From: a virus
Virus record (IMG/VR): IMGVR_UViG_3300020165_002937
Reading direction: 5' to 3' (one strand)
DNA: 64,000 nucleotides
In this document: in pieces, positions 39,185 through 48,687 of the stretch
How positions within the stretch are numbered: position 1 is the stretch's first letter
Layout: every line of letters starts with the position of its first letter
Notes under the pieces: model-generated
The model's database searches: none
What the model was told of the DNA's origin: nothing
The model's input: the letters and a program-made list of their open reading frames with translations, nothing else
Made by a program: the position numbers and the translations under genes

Positions 39185-40714
39185 ATGTCTACTGATGGAA
39201 ATCCAATTGCAACAGCCTGTGAAGTAAACTCTGGCACGTTTGCTTCATTTTCGGATCACCCAGCATCTGCATGCAATTCGGGTAACTTTTGGCCAATAGA
39301 AAAATGCCAAACGAGCCCGAACACACTGTCAGCCGCTGGTACCAGCGGCTTAATCGCAGCTACGACAGGCCATGGCCGGCATGACCTGATGGGCAACACG
39401 TTTTTGCGATTTGAAAATTTGTTTGAATTCCTAGGCGCCTCAGATGCGAGCGATGCCTTCGGGAAGGTGATGATGCCCCCGTCCGGCGATGTTGTCTCGC
39501 CCGGAGTCAGGAGCTTTGTACGCGACATCTTTGCAGCGGCCAGGACCGCAACCGGCGGACTCACCATTCCAGACTATTTCTTTCACATGGACCTGACAAT
39601 CGGATCCGGGTACACGGAAGGCTCTGAGTTTGGTTCTTGGATGTGGAACCCGTATATAAACATGTGGGTCATGGAGAATACCGATCTAAGTCCTCGTCGC
39701 TCGTTTTACTGTGATGTTGACGGCGATGGCTACTCTGATACCGGTACTGGTGCAACGGAACGGGCGATGACCGAAGAAGAAGCTGAAGTGTTGGCAGAAA
39801 TTTTAGAAACTTACGATCCTACATATCGAGCGGTCCATGGTATTTCAGACATGTCATCTGGTGTAAGAACAACCACTCACACTATTGGTGAAAAGAACGG
39901 CCAACCCTATGTGGAACAAATGAAACATAGGTTTACCACCAATGCTTCGCTCATAGCAAAGTTGCAGCCTAATTTTATGTCTATCACAAGAGAGCCTTAC
40001 GAGACTGAAGGCGGAGATGATTTTTGGCTATACGGCTCAATTTCTGATTTTATAGCGCCCACAGTATCTACAACTAACACTGATTTTAGTTATACATATC
40101 GAGGAGACGCAGCCGCAGCCATTGGAGTAGATGCCGGCCGAACTTTCCAAGGTAAAAAATTCAGCGTCTCTTATAGTGAACAAGAAGCTGCAGGTCTCCG
40201 ATATCTTTTTGGATTTCCAGCAGAATATACAGGAAACCAGCGCCGCTTTAACTATATAAACGATAAAATAGACGCGCTTGGCGAAGACTTGTTAGTTTCT
40301 AATTTAATCTATTCATTTACATATAATAGAAAAAGAACCCCAATACTCGAAAGAAATTCTTTTGAGGCTTTCCCCGCACAAATAAGTTCTGAAAACTTAA
40401 AAATCAACACTATTGCTGCCTCTTCGATTACGCCTGACGATGCGTCAGCAGATACTATGATTTCAGCATTGGCCACAGCCCTCACTCGCTTGCGACCGGG
40501 CGATGATTATTCTGGGCTAGCAGACACTGGCCGTAGAGGTGAGGGCATAGTTGCCATCGGCGGCGGCGGTACGGTGGAAGGCTCATCTAGAGGTGAGTAC
40601 GCTGCGCCACCTGCAGGTACTACTGCCACCGCCGATGGTGGCGGCCCGGGTACCGGCGGCGGCACCGGTGGAATGAGTAGCGACGGCGATGGCGGTGGAG
40701 GGGATAGCTACTGA
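39185..40714 (+). CDS. Hypothetical virion protein with DxDxDG motif and Gly-rich tail
   Basis: CDVDGDGYSD; C-terminus GGGPGTGGGTGGMSSDGDGGGGDSY. Confidence 0.55.
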   Translation: MSTDGNPIATACEVNSGTFASFSDHPASACNSGNFWPIEKCQTSPNTLSAAGTSGLIAATTGHGRHDLMGNTFLRFENLFEFLGASDASDAFGKVMMPPSGDVVSPGVRSFVRDIFAAARTATGGLTIPDYFFHMDLTIGSGYTEGSEFGSWMWNPYINMWVMENTDLSPRRSFYCDVDGDGYSDTGTGATERAMTEEEAEVLAEILETYDPTYRAVHGISDMSSGVRTTTHTIGEKNGQPYVEQMKHRFTTNASLIAKLQPNFMSITREPYETEGGDDFWLYGSISDFIAPTVSTTNTDFSYTYRGDAAAAIGVDAGRTFQGKKFSVSYSEQEAAGLRYLFGFPAEYTGNQRRFNYINDKIDALGEDLLVSNLIYSFTYNRKRTPILERNSFEAFPAQISSENLKINTIAASSITPDDASADTMISALATALTRLRPGDDYSGLADTGRRGEGIVAIGGGGTVEGSSRGEYAAPPAGTTATADGGGPGTGGGTGGMSSDGDGGGGDSY

Positions 40715-43545
40715 TGTCTAAGAAAATAACAATATCATTTAGAGACACAAATTTATTTTCGGGATCTTCCGACACCTTGCGTACATCTCTAGGCGGCGGA
40801 TATTATGATGTGGCAACAACTGATAGCGGCCAAACCGTTAATTTTGTTGATATCAACCCCCCAACCGTGCCCGGTACTACCAGCGATGACTATATCGTCT
40901 ACAAGCGCCGTGACGTCGACGAATCAAGCGCCTTTAAGCATGTCCAAATGAGAAAAGCATATGCCGATGTACCAATCATTGTCCCAATAAGAGAGGATAT
41001 CGTATCATATAATCGAAAGTACCCAATTAGGCTGGCGGGCAATTCAAACAAGATACAAGATGATACACAGTGGCGTTCTCTGCTAATCGGTGGAGTACAC
41101 AAAGGTGTAGCTTACCCGGGTATATTTACAGAAAAAGAATTTGCAGATTATGCTTTTACTTACGAAGCACCTTATTCAAGAAGATCAGCCAAACTGATTT
41201 CAACTGAAGACATTGACCAAATTATAGATATAAACTATAAATATAAATTTTATTTGCCACTGTATGAAAATTTTATAAGTACGAAAAGCGAACTATTAAT
41301 TCCCAATGGCTATATGATGAGCACTTTTAGCGATTCTGATGACGAGACCACAACTTTTGAACACGACACTGATGAATATCCCGCTGGTGTAGAAAATTAT
41401 GTATGGGATTTTATAACGCTCGAAAGAAAAATAGATCCGAATCCGCTTTTAGATACGACTTATTCGGATGATCCAACAAAAGGCGGCTCCTTCACACCTT
41501 ATACGGATGATTCAGGGGAATTTTTTGAAAACCCGTCAGAGCTGGAACTACCTTCTAAAAATTTAAATGAATACCTGACGTCTTCGTTGTTGACAAACCG
41601 TTTGTCATCCGAGACCGAAGGTCAGATAACTTATGCACTACAAAATATATTTTTTGATGAGAAGGCAAACGAAAGGTACATAAAAAGTAACCCTTTTCCA
41701 AGAGGGAACAAATTTCCTTTTTATGTGGAGATTAGCTTTCCTACTGATAATGGCCGCAACACCATTGTTACCAAAGCCGATCGAATGAGCGATCCCGAAA
41801 TGTTAACAACGTTTGATGCCGGCACCAATCCCGAGCAGAGAAAAAAAGCGCTCCCTTTGACTGAGACAATAATCAACGGAGACTTTTCTAGGAAATTTCT
41901 AAAAGTCTTAAAAGAAACTTTTGTGGATAATGTCCCAGAAGTTCCAATCTATAATCACGAATTTATAAAAACTACTGAATATTTTAGTGGCTCCGCTAGC
42001 AATGTTGACACCTTGCTTGAACAATCAGCAAATTCTTATTTAAGGTGCTGTGAATTTTCAGATTTAATGTTGTATGCGTACAGAGATTATACTTCTTTCA
42101 ACAACAATTTATATTTTGTGGGAGACAAGACTAAACTAAACGATGTTGTAAAAGACGGACTGGGAGTGTATAGATATCTAAACACTGACAATTCATTGTT
42201 GTTATTAAAAAAATATCTTCATACGCTCAGAGAAGATTATACTGAGCGCACCGGAACAGACCTGATAGACTATGTTAACTTTTGTAATAGCGCACAAGAC
42301 CCAAAGAGCAACGAAACAATAGCCTATCGAATACAAAAAATAGCTTCCAATCCGGCAGCAGCCGATGCATCTCGCGCCGCATTACAAAACTTCTTTTTTA
42401 TTAATTCAAAGGAACTTGATACACAATTCGGCGGCCGCGGAATCCATTTTACTGACACGCAAGTAAAATACGGCGAGGACTATACTTATATAGTCTATGC
42501 GTATGTGGCAGTGACTGGGTATCGCTACAAAGTAGATAATTTAAAAATATCAAGAATAATTGGCACTACGTTAACCGATGAAGGTGAGCATGACAGATAT
42601 TGTATTGAGTTTTTCGATCCTCTAAGCAATGAGGCGAAAGGAAGCGATTTTCAAATTAATGATGATATGGGCAACGAATTTAGAACGAGCGCCCAGATTA
42701 AAGACTATAACCAGTTTCTTGCAGACTGTAGTTTTAACGTACAGCCTTCAGTGCGAATTAAAGAAATTCCTATTTTTGCTAAAAAAATAAGAGTGCAAGA
42801 TAACCCAGCTACTATATTGGACGTCTCACCTTTTCAAGTAATGGACGATTCTCAAAGAATTGGCTTCTTTATAAATTACGAAACTCAGCTTGAATCAGCA
42901 TATCCAAAAATAATTTTAGAATCAGACGCACAACAAAAAGAATCATATTTATCTTCCAACGATCTTTTAGAGAATGAGGTCGTGACACCCGAGCCAATCT
43001 CAAGAATAAGATACTTTCAGGTATTTAGAACCGAAACACGTCCAACCTCGTATAGAGATTTTGCTGATAAACTTCACCAGACGGTAGATTTAAAAATAGA
43101 AAATACAAAACAAACCTACTCATCTGAGAATTTTTATGATAAGATTAAAACGAATCAAAAATATTATTATTTGTTTAGAGCGATTACAGAGCAAAACACC
43201 TTTGGCCATGTATCAGAAGTTTATGCTGCTGAATTAGTTGATGACGGTGGGTATAAGTATGCAGTATTTAACACCTTGTATGAAGAAGATTTATCAGAAG
43301 ATATATATATTAATACTTCAAAGAATATAAAGAAGTTGATACACATCCAACCCAATTTATCCCAAATCGCCCTAGATACTGAAAATATAGATTTTAACAA
43401 AGATGCATATTCACAATTAAGAAATTTAAATATTGGAACTGCGGAAAGTTTAATTTGGGGCAAGACCTTCAAGCTTAGGTTAACTTCCAAGAAAACTAGC
43501 AAAAAAATAGATTTGAACATTACTTATAACTTGAACAGTGAATAA
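40714..43545 (+). CDS. Putative virion structural protein with FN3/Ig-like C-terminal segments
   Basis: AYRIQK...FTDTQVKYGEDYTYIVYA and FQVFR...FYDKIKTNQKYYYLFRA resemble FN3 strand signatures. Confidence 0.55.
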   Translation: MSKKITISFRDTNLFSGSSDTLRTSLGGGYYDVATTDSGQTVNFVDINPPTVPGTTSDDYIVYKRRDVDESSAFKHVQMRKAYADVPIIVPIREDIVSYNRKYPIRLAGNSNKIQDDTQWRSLLIGGVHKGVAYPGIFTEKEFADYAFTYEAPYSRRSAKLISTEDIDQIIDINYKYKFYLPLYENFISTKSELLIPNGYMMSTFSDSDDETTTFEHDTDEYPAGVENYVWDFITLERKIDPNPLLDTTYSDDPTKGGSFTPYTDDSGEFFENPSELELPSKNLNEYLTSSLLTNRLSSETEGQITYALQNIFFDEKANERYIKSNPFPRGNKFPFYVEISFPTDNGRNTIVTKADRMSDPEMLTTFDAGTNPEQRKKALPLTETIINGDFSRKFLKVLKETFVDNVPEVPIYNHEFIKTTEYFSGSASNVDTLLEQSANSYLRCCEFSDLMLYAYRDYTSFNNNLYFVGDKTKLNDVVKDGLGVYRYLNTDNSLLLLKKYLHTLREDYTERTGTDLIDYVNFCNSAQDPKSNETIAYRIQKIASNPAAADASRAALQNFFFINSKELDTQFGGRGIHFTDTQVKYGEDYTYIVYAYVAVTGYRYKVDNLKISRIIGTTLTDEGEHDRYCIEFFDPLSNEAKGSDFQINDDMGNEFRTSAQIKDYNQFLADCSFNVQPSVRIKEIPIFAKKIRVQDNPATILDVSPFQVMDDSQRIGFFINYETQLESAYPKIILESDAQQKESYLSSNDLLENEVVTPEPISRIRYFQVFRTETRPTSYRDFADKLHQTVDLKIENTKQTYSSENFYDKIKTNQKYYYLFRAITEQNTFGHVSEVYAAELVDDGGYKYAVFNTLYEEDLSEDIYINTSKNIKKLIHIQPNLSQIALDTENIDFNKDAYSQLRNLNIGTAESLIWGKTFKLRLTSKKTSKKIDLNITYNLNSE

Positions 43546-43559
43546 ACAAAAAATATAAC

Positions 43560-43567
43560 TATTTAAT
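43560..43567 (+). promoter_or_regulatory. Putative late promoter element TATTTA
   Basis: Intergenic; starts 23 nt before ATG 43583, upstream of an AGGAGAGG RBS. Confidence 0.5.
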
Positions 43568-43582
43568 AGGAGAGGACAATTA

Positions 43583-44575
43583 ATGGCTTTTTTAGATAAT
43601 TCCGGTGACATCATTCTCGACGCCGTATTAACCGATTTAGGGCGCAGAAGAATGGCCCAAGGAAGATTCAGAATAACAAAATTCGCACTTGGTGATGACG
43701 AGATTGACTATGGGTTATACACCCTTAACACAGGCTCAGCTTACACTGATTTAGAAATCATGCAAACGCCCGTATTTGAAGCATTCACTCAAACGAACGC
43801 AAATATCAACTACGGACTTTTATCGTATACTCGGACGGACTTACTATATCTGCCAGAGCTGGAGATCAACAACAAAGTTAAAAACGCCGTGCACGCAACC
43901 GGGAGTGTCTACTATCTTGCAGCGAACAGCGAAACGACTTCCAAGCTTAGCACGACGTTTGGAGATACAAAGTATCGCATGGAATCGGGAGCAACGTCAG
44001 ACAACGCAATTATCGTTGAGTCTGGCTTGAACACAGTCGACTTGAAAGGCGACTCAACCAACAGAGCTACTTATATAATCAACACTAACCTTCTAGACCA
44101 GAATTATCAGATATATGCTGATAATCGTTTTGTCGGTGGCATCTCAAGCAACAATCCAAGTGGTTTTTTCAGAAACAACACCGCCGGCGCTTTAGAATCT
44201 AACTTGTTTCCGTTGAGAACCGGAACCAGCGTTAGTACCACAGCCGTGCTTGACAACTATAGCACCTTTAATGCCCGGGCCTTGGCGAACTTAATCTACT
44301 TTTACGATACAGCTACCTCTGACACCGCGCTTTCGGCCATTTCAGGCCCCCGCGGTACCGTAATCGCTTTGGGCCTAACAGTCACAGGGGAGTTGGCCGC
44401 TACATCTACTGGTACAAGAAGTACTAAATACAGCTTATTTGGCTCGACTGATCAGACTATTTTTGGTGGCTCGGACAAGTATGATTACATTGACACACAA
44501 GTGTATGTCATCGGCTCAGCAACTACAGCTCAGCTGCAAATACCAGTAAGAATCATAAGATACGCAGGATCATAA
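43583..44575 (+). CDS. Tail/baseplate structural protein (tail-collar-fibre-like N-terminus)
   Basis: ILDAVLTDLGRRRMAQG..RITKFALGDDEIDY resembles the LTxxG...ITxxAxGD start of tail-collar fibre domains. Confidence 0.6.
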   Translation: MAFLDNSGDIILDAVLTDLGRRRMAQGRFRITKFALGDDEIDYGLYTLNTGSAYTDLEIMQTPVFEAFTQTNANINYGLLSYTRTDLLYLPELEINNKVKNAVHATGSVYYLAANSETTSKLSTTFGDTKYRMESGATSDNAIIVESGLNTVDLKGDSTNRATYIINTNLLDQNYQIYADNRFVGGISSNNPSGFFRNNTAGALESNLFPLRTGTSVSTTAVLDNYSTFNARALANLIYFYDTATSDTALSAISGPRGTVIALGLTVTGELAATSTGTRSTKYSLFGSTDQTIFGGSDKYDYIDTQVYVIGSATTAQLQIPVRIIRYAGS

Positions 44576-44588
44576 TCGGAGTAAATAA

Positions 44589-45719
44589 ATGCCAGTAATT
44601 AACTATGAACCCTTAAACACAACTACAGATATCACAACTACCCGTACTGTTTTACATGAAGCTCTCCCTCTAACCGGAACAATTGTAAGCGGCACGTATG
44701 GGACATATAGAAGCGAACACAATATTAAAAACTATTCGCACGGTATGTTTCAGTCGGTATACGATTATCCTTACTTGAGTTCATCCGCTAACCACATTTT
44801 TGATATTACGGTTGGCTACGACGAATCGTCAGCTTTTTCTGCTTCAGCAGTTGCAGGCGGCTTAAACCCTGGAGTCCAAAACTCTAAAAAGATAAATATG
44901 TACAATCAATTTGCACAAGTTTTATTAGGTTATACAGGGAGTGCTAACACAGTAGAAATTTTTGAATCTGATTTAAATTTTGCTGATAACAACAACCAAA
45001 TGAAAGAAGTAGTGTTTGTTAACTTCTCAAGATTACTTGTAAAAGACCAAATCAAGAAAGGTTCATTTAGCATGATTCTTGGTACCGGTTCCTGGACGGA
45101 TCCTTTCGGGGTTGTCGGCGGAGGTGCTTTTACATCTTCGATGACACTATCCGATGTCTCGGCTTCGTCAGCCGAAACCGGAACTGGTAATTCCAACGGT
45201 GGAGACTATGGTGTACTTTTCCAGACTGCCGGCGGAGGTACCGCCCAAACCGGCTTAGGCACGGGATCTATCGCCAAGGGTGTTGTATTCTATCAAGCTG
45301 GTATTGTTGTATTAACCGCGTCTGTTTTCTCGAACAAAGATTCTGATTTCTTTATTGAATCGAATGGAACAAAAAGAGGAATCGGTAACGCATATGTCTC
45401 AGCCTCGATTAGTGGCAGTTGCAATGCGATAAGGCGCAGAATTAGAAATATTTCCTTCAACAACAACACAGAAATTAATTCAACAATTTACTTCTGTCGT
45501 GCGCCACACAACAAGTTTAATTATACGTCTAATCCGACATACGTGAGTGGCAGCAAGATTGTAGTTAAGAATGTCGCGGCCGATGAGCCCAAAACTTATA
45601 TAACGACTGTTGGCCTTTATAGTTCTGCTAACGAACTATTAGCGATTGCTAAGCTTTCTGAACCTCTGAAGAAAGATCCTTCGAATGAGATTACGCTGAG
45701 AGTCAGACTGGACTATTAA
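44589..45719 (+). CDS. Tail/baseplate structural protein (tail-collar-fibre-like C-terminus)
   Basis: FNYTSNPTY...TYITTVGLYSSANELLAIAKLSEPLKK...LRVRLDY. Confidence 0.6.
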   Translation: MPVINYEPLNTTTDITTTRTVLHEALPLTGTIVSGTYGTYRSEHNIKNYSHGMFQSVYDYPYLSSSANHIFDITVGYDESSAFSASAVAGGLNPGVQNSKKINMYNQFAQVLLGYTGSANTVEIFESDLNFADNNNQMKEVVFVNFSRLLVKDQIKKGSFSMILGTGSWTDPFGVVGGGAFTSSMTLSDVSASSAETGTGNSNGGDYGVLFQTAGGGTAQTGLGTGSIAKGVVFYQAGIVVLTASVFSNKDSDFFIESNGTKRGIGNAYVSASISGSCNAIRRRIRNISFNNNTEINSTIYFCRAPHNKFNYTSNPTYVSGSKIVVKNVAADEPKTYITTVGLYSSANELLAIAKLSEPLKKDPSNEITLRVRLDY

Positions 45720-45721
45720 AA

Positions 45722-47128
45722 ATGTCCTACAAGAAGTTCAAGAATAAAGACATAATAATAAACACGATGAGGACTCACCCCAAAAGTGAGTTCTTTATTT
45801 ATGACGCAAAAGTTTATTACAATAATACGCCAACGAGAGCAGGCCAGTTCAACCCAGAAACGATATTGTCCGTTGGTCGACATAACGAAAAGTACACTGG
45901 TTATATTAGCCTTTACGAATACAACATAGATCGTAATGGATCAAGCAACCCTTTTATGTTCCCATACATAAACAAGAACACATCAAGGACTAGCTTCAAG
46001 ACAGCTGGCGATGCCTCAGCGCCAAATGAATGGTCAGGCGCTGATGTCGGGGCGATACTTACGAGTAACTACCCCTTGTCGGCATCGATTACGAGAGAAT
46101 GGATGCCCGATCCGATTGCAAAAGTTGTCGGCCCCGGGTGTAAAAAAGTTGATGAAGCTTTAGACAGCTCTGAGTTAGAAGCCTGCGCCCCTAAACACCG
46201 TCACTTTTACTCTTTAAAAAACAAACTTGAATACAATTCGATAAGAAGCTACCATTACAAAGTTAGTTCGTCAGTTACACCAAGCGACCCTACTTCAAAT
46301 GGTTGTCGCGGCCGCGGCGCAGTAGGTAGCCTAGGCGCCCACGATTGTAATGGGTTTAATAAAGAGGGCCAAAAATTAAATTTAATATCCATTCCTTCAA
46401 TTTTTTATGGCAAGACCATAAAGCCCGGTTCAGTCTCACTCAAGTGGTATTATACTGGAAGTCTTCTGGGAGAACTTAGGGACACGAAAAGAAATGGTGA
46501 GCTAATACAGGTCTCGGGCGCATTTTCGTCCTCTCAAGGCGGCATGTTAGGTGGCAACCACATTGGCGCGGTTGCTGGAACCATACTCTATGATCAAGGG
46601 TTTGTGATGTTAACCGGTTCATGGAACCTGGCTGAATCTGATACGGTCGGTGTTTTACCAGCTGCCGCCAGAGATTATCCAAAATGGATTTACTGGGCCG
46701 CCGGCGCCAACGAAACGGGTGCTGCCGCAGATATAGTTAACAAGAGCACTGCTCATTCATCACTGTTTAACGCTGCCTTTTCTATGAATTTTGAAGGTTC
46801 TACTGATACCCAAGTCATGACTATGTTTGCCCGAACTGGCAAGGGAGAATCGAATTATTCGAACAACCCCACATATGCACAGTTTGGCCAAGAACTCACA
46901 AGAGTTACGTCTTCTTTCTTGTACGAAGAGAACCCAGAAAGAATGACCTTTAACACAGTTAGTTCAAGTTACGCGGCCCACTCAGCTTCTTTTGAACGCC
47001 AAGTTTATATATCTAAAGTTGCAATTTACGATGATTCTAAAAACTTAATTGGAATTGCCTCTTTGGCGACACCGGTTTTGAAAAAAGAAACACAAGACAT
47101 GACGTTTAAGATTAAATTAGATATTTAG
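45722..47128 (+). CDS. Tail/baseplate structural protein, paralog of 44589..45719
   Basis: IKPGS, GTILYDQGFVMLT, NYSNNPTY...VYISKVAIYDDSKNLIGIASLATPVLK...FKIKLDI mirror the upstream gene. Confidence 0.6.
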   Translation: MSYKKFKNKDIIINTMRTHPKSEFFIYDAKVYYNNTPTRAGQFNPETILSVGRHNEKYTGYISLYEYNIDRNGSSNPFMFPYINKNTSRTSFKTAGDASAPNEWSGADVGAILTSNYPLSASITREWMPDPIAKVVGPGCKKVDEALDSSELEACAPKHRHFYSLKNKLEYNSIRSYHYKVSSSVTPSDPTSNGCRGRGAVGSLGAHDCNGFNKEGQKLNLISIPSIFYGKTIKPGSVSLKWYYTGSLLGELRDTKRNGELIQVSGAFSSSQGGMLGGNHIGAVAGTILYDQGFVMLTGSWNLAESDTVGVLPAAARDYPKWIYWAAGANETGAAADIVNKSTAHSSLFNAAFSMNFEGSTDTQVMTMFARTGKGESNYSNNPTYAQFGQELTRVTSSFLYEENPERMTFNTVSSSYAAHSASFERQVYISKVAIYDDSKNLIGIASLATPVLKKETQDMTFKIKLDI

Positions 47129-47132
47129 TATC

Positions 47133-47474
47133 ATGAATCCGATACTTATAAAGTCAAAATTTATCACTAAGATGGCTTCGTGGGTGATAAGTGTTTACGC
47201 AATTACCTTATTCCCGTTTATAGTTTCTTCTGAGGACTTAGATGAATTAACGATGAATCACGAATTAATTCACTTTGAGCAACAAAAAGAATTATATTTA
47301 GTTGGATTTTATTTTTTATACGTATACGATTACCTAAAAGGTGTGGTAAAATATAAAGACAAAGAAGAAGCTTATCGAAAAATCAGGTTCGAGCAGGAGG
47401 CTTACTCAAATGAAGATGATTTGGGATATATCCAAACAAGAGACAGAAACAACTGGAAAAAATATAGTGTGTAA
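47133..47474 (+). CDS. Small HExxH zincin-like protein
   Basis: AITLFPFI, NHELIHFEQ, FEQEAY. Confidence 0.65.
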   Translation: MNPILIKSKFITKMASWVISVYAITLFPFIVSSEDLDELTMNHELIHFEQQKELYLVGFYFLYVYDYLKGVVKYKDKEEAYRKIRFEQEAYSNEDDLGYIQTRDRNNWKKYSV

Positions 47475-48049
47475 TGATCCTAGGAGTTGATGTATCTACA
47501 AGTATTACAGGATTTGCAGTGGTAGCGGATGGCCAGTTACTGCACTACAGTTCGATTGATCTTCGCAAACACAAGAATATCTTTAAGAAAGCTGAAGTAC
47601 TGAGCGAATATCTTTTAGACCTTTATGAGAATTACCAATTAGATCAGTCAGATAGTGACTTTCGTTTCGGGCACTCTGATTTTCCAATTAGTAAAATATA
47701 CATTGAACAACCGTTTACGTTTTTTAACTCAGGGGGTTCTTCAGCAAAAACTATGGCTACCCTTCAGAGGTTTAACGGGATAGTTTCTTGGATTATTTAT
47801 GAAATGTTCTCAATTGAGCCACAATACGTTCTAGCAACCCAGGCACGGAAACACTGCGGAATAAAGATTCCACGCGGCCAGAAGGCGAAAGAAGTGGTTT
47901 TAAAGCACCTTTTAGATACTGAGAGTGCATTCAAAGTAGAATACACCAAGTTTGGCAACCCGAAGCCAGAATCTTACGATCGAGCCGACGCAATAATTGT
48001 TGCAAAAGCTGGTGATATAATAGAAAAACAATTTGACATGCAAGAATGA
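47474..48049 (+). CDS. ruvC: RuvC-like Holliday junction resolvase
   Basis: ILGVDVSTSITG, IYIEQP and DRADA RNase H-fold acidic residues. Confidence 0.8.
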   Translation: MILGVDVSTSITGFAVVADGQLLHYSSIDLRKHKNIFKKAEVLSEYLLDLYENYQLDQSDSDFRFGHSDFPISKIYIEQPFTFFNSGGSSAKTMATLQRFNGIVSWIIYEMFSIEPQYVLATQARKHCGIKIPRGQKAKEVVLKHLLDTESAFKVEYTKFGNPKPESYDRADAIIVAKAGDIIEKQFDMQE

Positions 48050-48061
48050 GCATGTTATAGT
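48033..48061 (+). promoter_or_regulatory. Sigma70-type promoter for the FKBP gene
   Basis: TTGACA (48033-38), 17-nt spacer, TATAGT (48056-61), extended -10 TG. Confidence 0.75.
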
Positions 48062-48106
48062 ACTGTTGTTAATCAACAACATCTTTCATAATTAACAGGA
48101 GAAATA

Positions 48107-48676
48107 ATGAGAGTAGAAACTGGCACCAATGTAAAGGTGCATTATAAAGGTACTTTAGAGGATGGTACCGAATTTGACAATTCTCGCACGCGTGGACACA
48201 CTTTAGATTTTGAGGTTGGTTCACCGCGCATCATTAGAGGTTTTACCGACGCGCTTTTTGGTATGACTGAGGGTGATAGCAAAACTATCACTCTACAGCC
48301 AGAGGAAGCATATGGGCCGGTCGACCCGGAGGGCGTACGCCCAGTTCCAAAGGATGCATTCGGCGAAGACTTTGTTTTTGAAGCCGGCTTAATGGTACAA
48401 GGAAATGGCCCGCGCGGCCCGTTTGTTGCCAAGATTGATTCAGTTGAAGAGGATATTGTAAACTTAGATTTCAATCACCCCTTAGCTGGCCAGGTCTTGA
48501 ATTTCGAAATTGAGCTAGTTTCAATCGAAGGGGCCACAACCGATGCAGCACCGGTGAATGCCAATTGGAGTGCTTCAATGAAGAAGGCAGAGTTACTTAA
48601 GCTAGCAAAAGAGCAGGGCCTCCCAGTAAACACAAAGTCTACTAAAGCCCAAATTATAGACGCACTTAGTGTTTAA
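48107..48676 (+). CDS. FKBP-type peptidyl-prolyl isomerase (SlyD/FkpB-like) fused to a C-terminal HeH/Rho-N-like domain
   Basis: VKVHYKGTLEDGTEFDNS, PEEAYG, LDFNHPLAGQVLNFEIEL; tail SMKKAELLKLAKEQGLPVNTKSTKAQIIDAL. Confidence 0.9.
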   Translation: MRVETGTNVKVHYKGTLEDGTEFDNSRTRGHTLDFEVGSPRIIRGFTDALFGMTEGDSKTITLQPEEAYGPVDPEGVRPVPKDAFGEDFVFEAGLMVQGNGPRGPFVAKIDSVEEDIVNLDFNHPLAGQVLNFEIELVSIEGATTDAAPVNANWSASMKKAELLKLAKEQGLPVNTKSTKAQIIDALSV

Positions 48677-48687
48677 TTAAAACTAAC

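Noticed and set aside
8089-47128. Bacterial contractile injection system (eCIS/T6SS/tailocin) rather than a phage
   Set aside because: Terminase, portal, primase, late sigma and recombination genes are in the same co-oriented block, and there are no host housekeeping operons.
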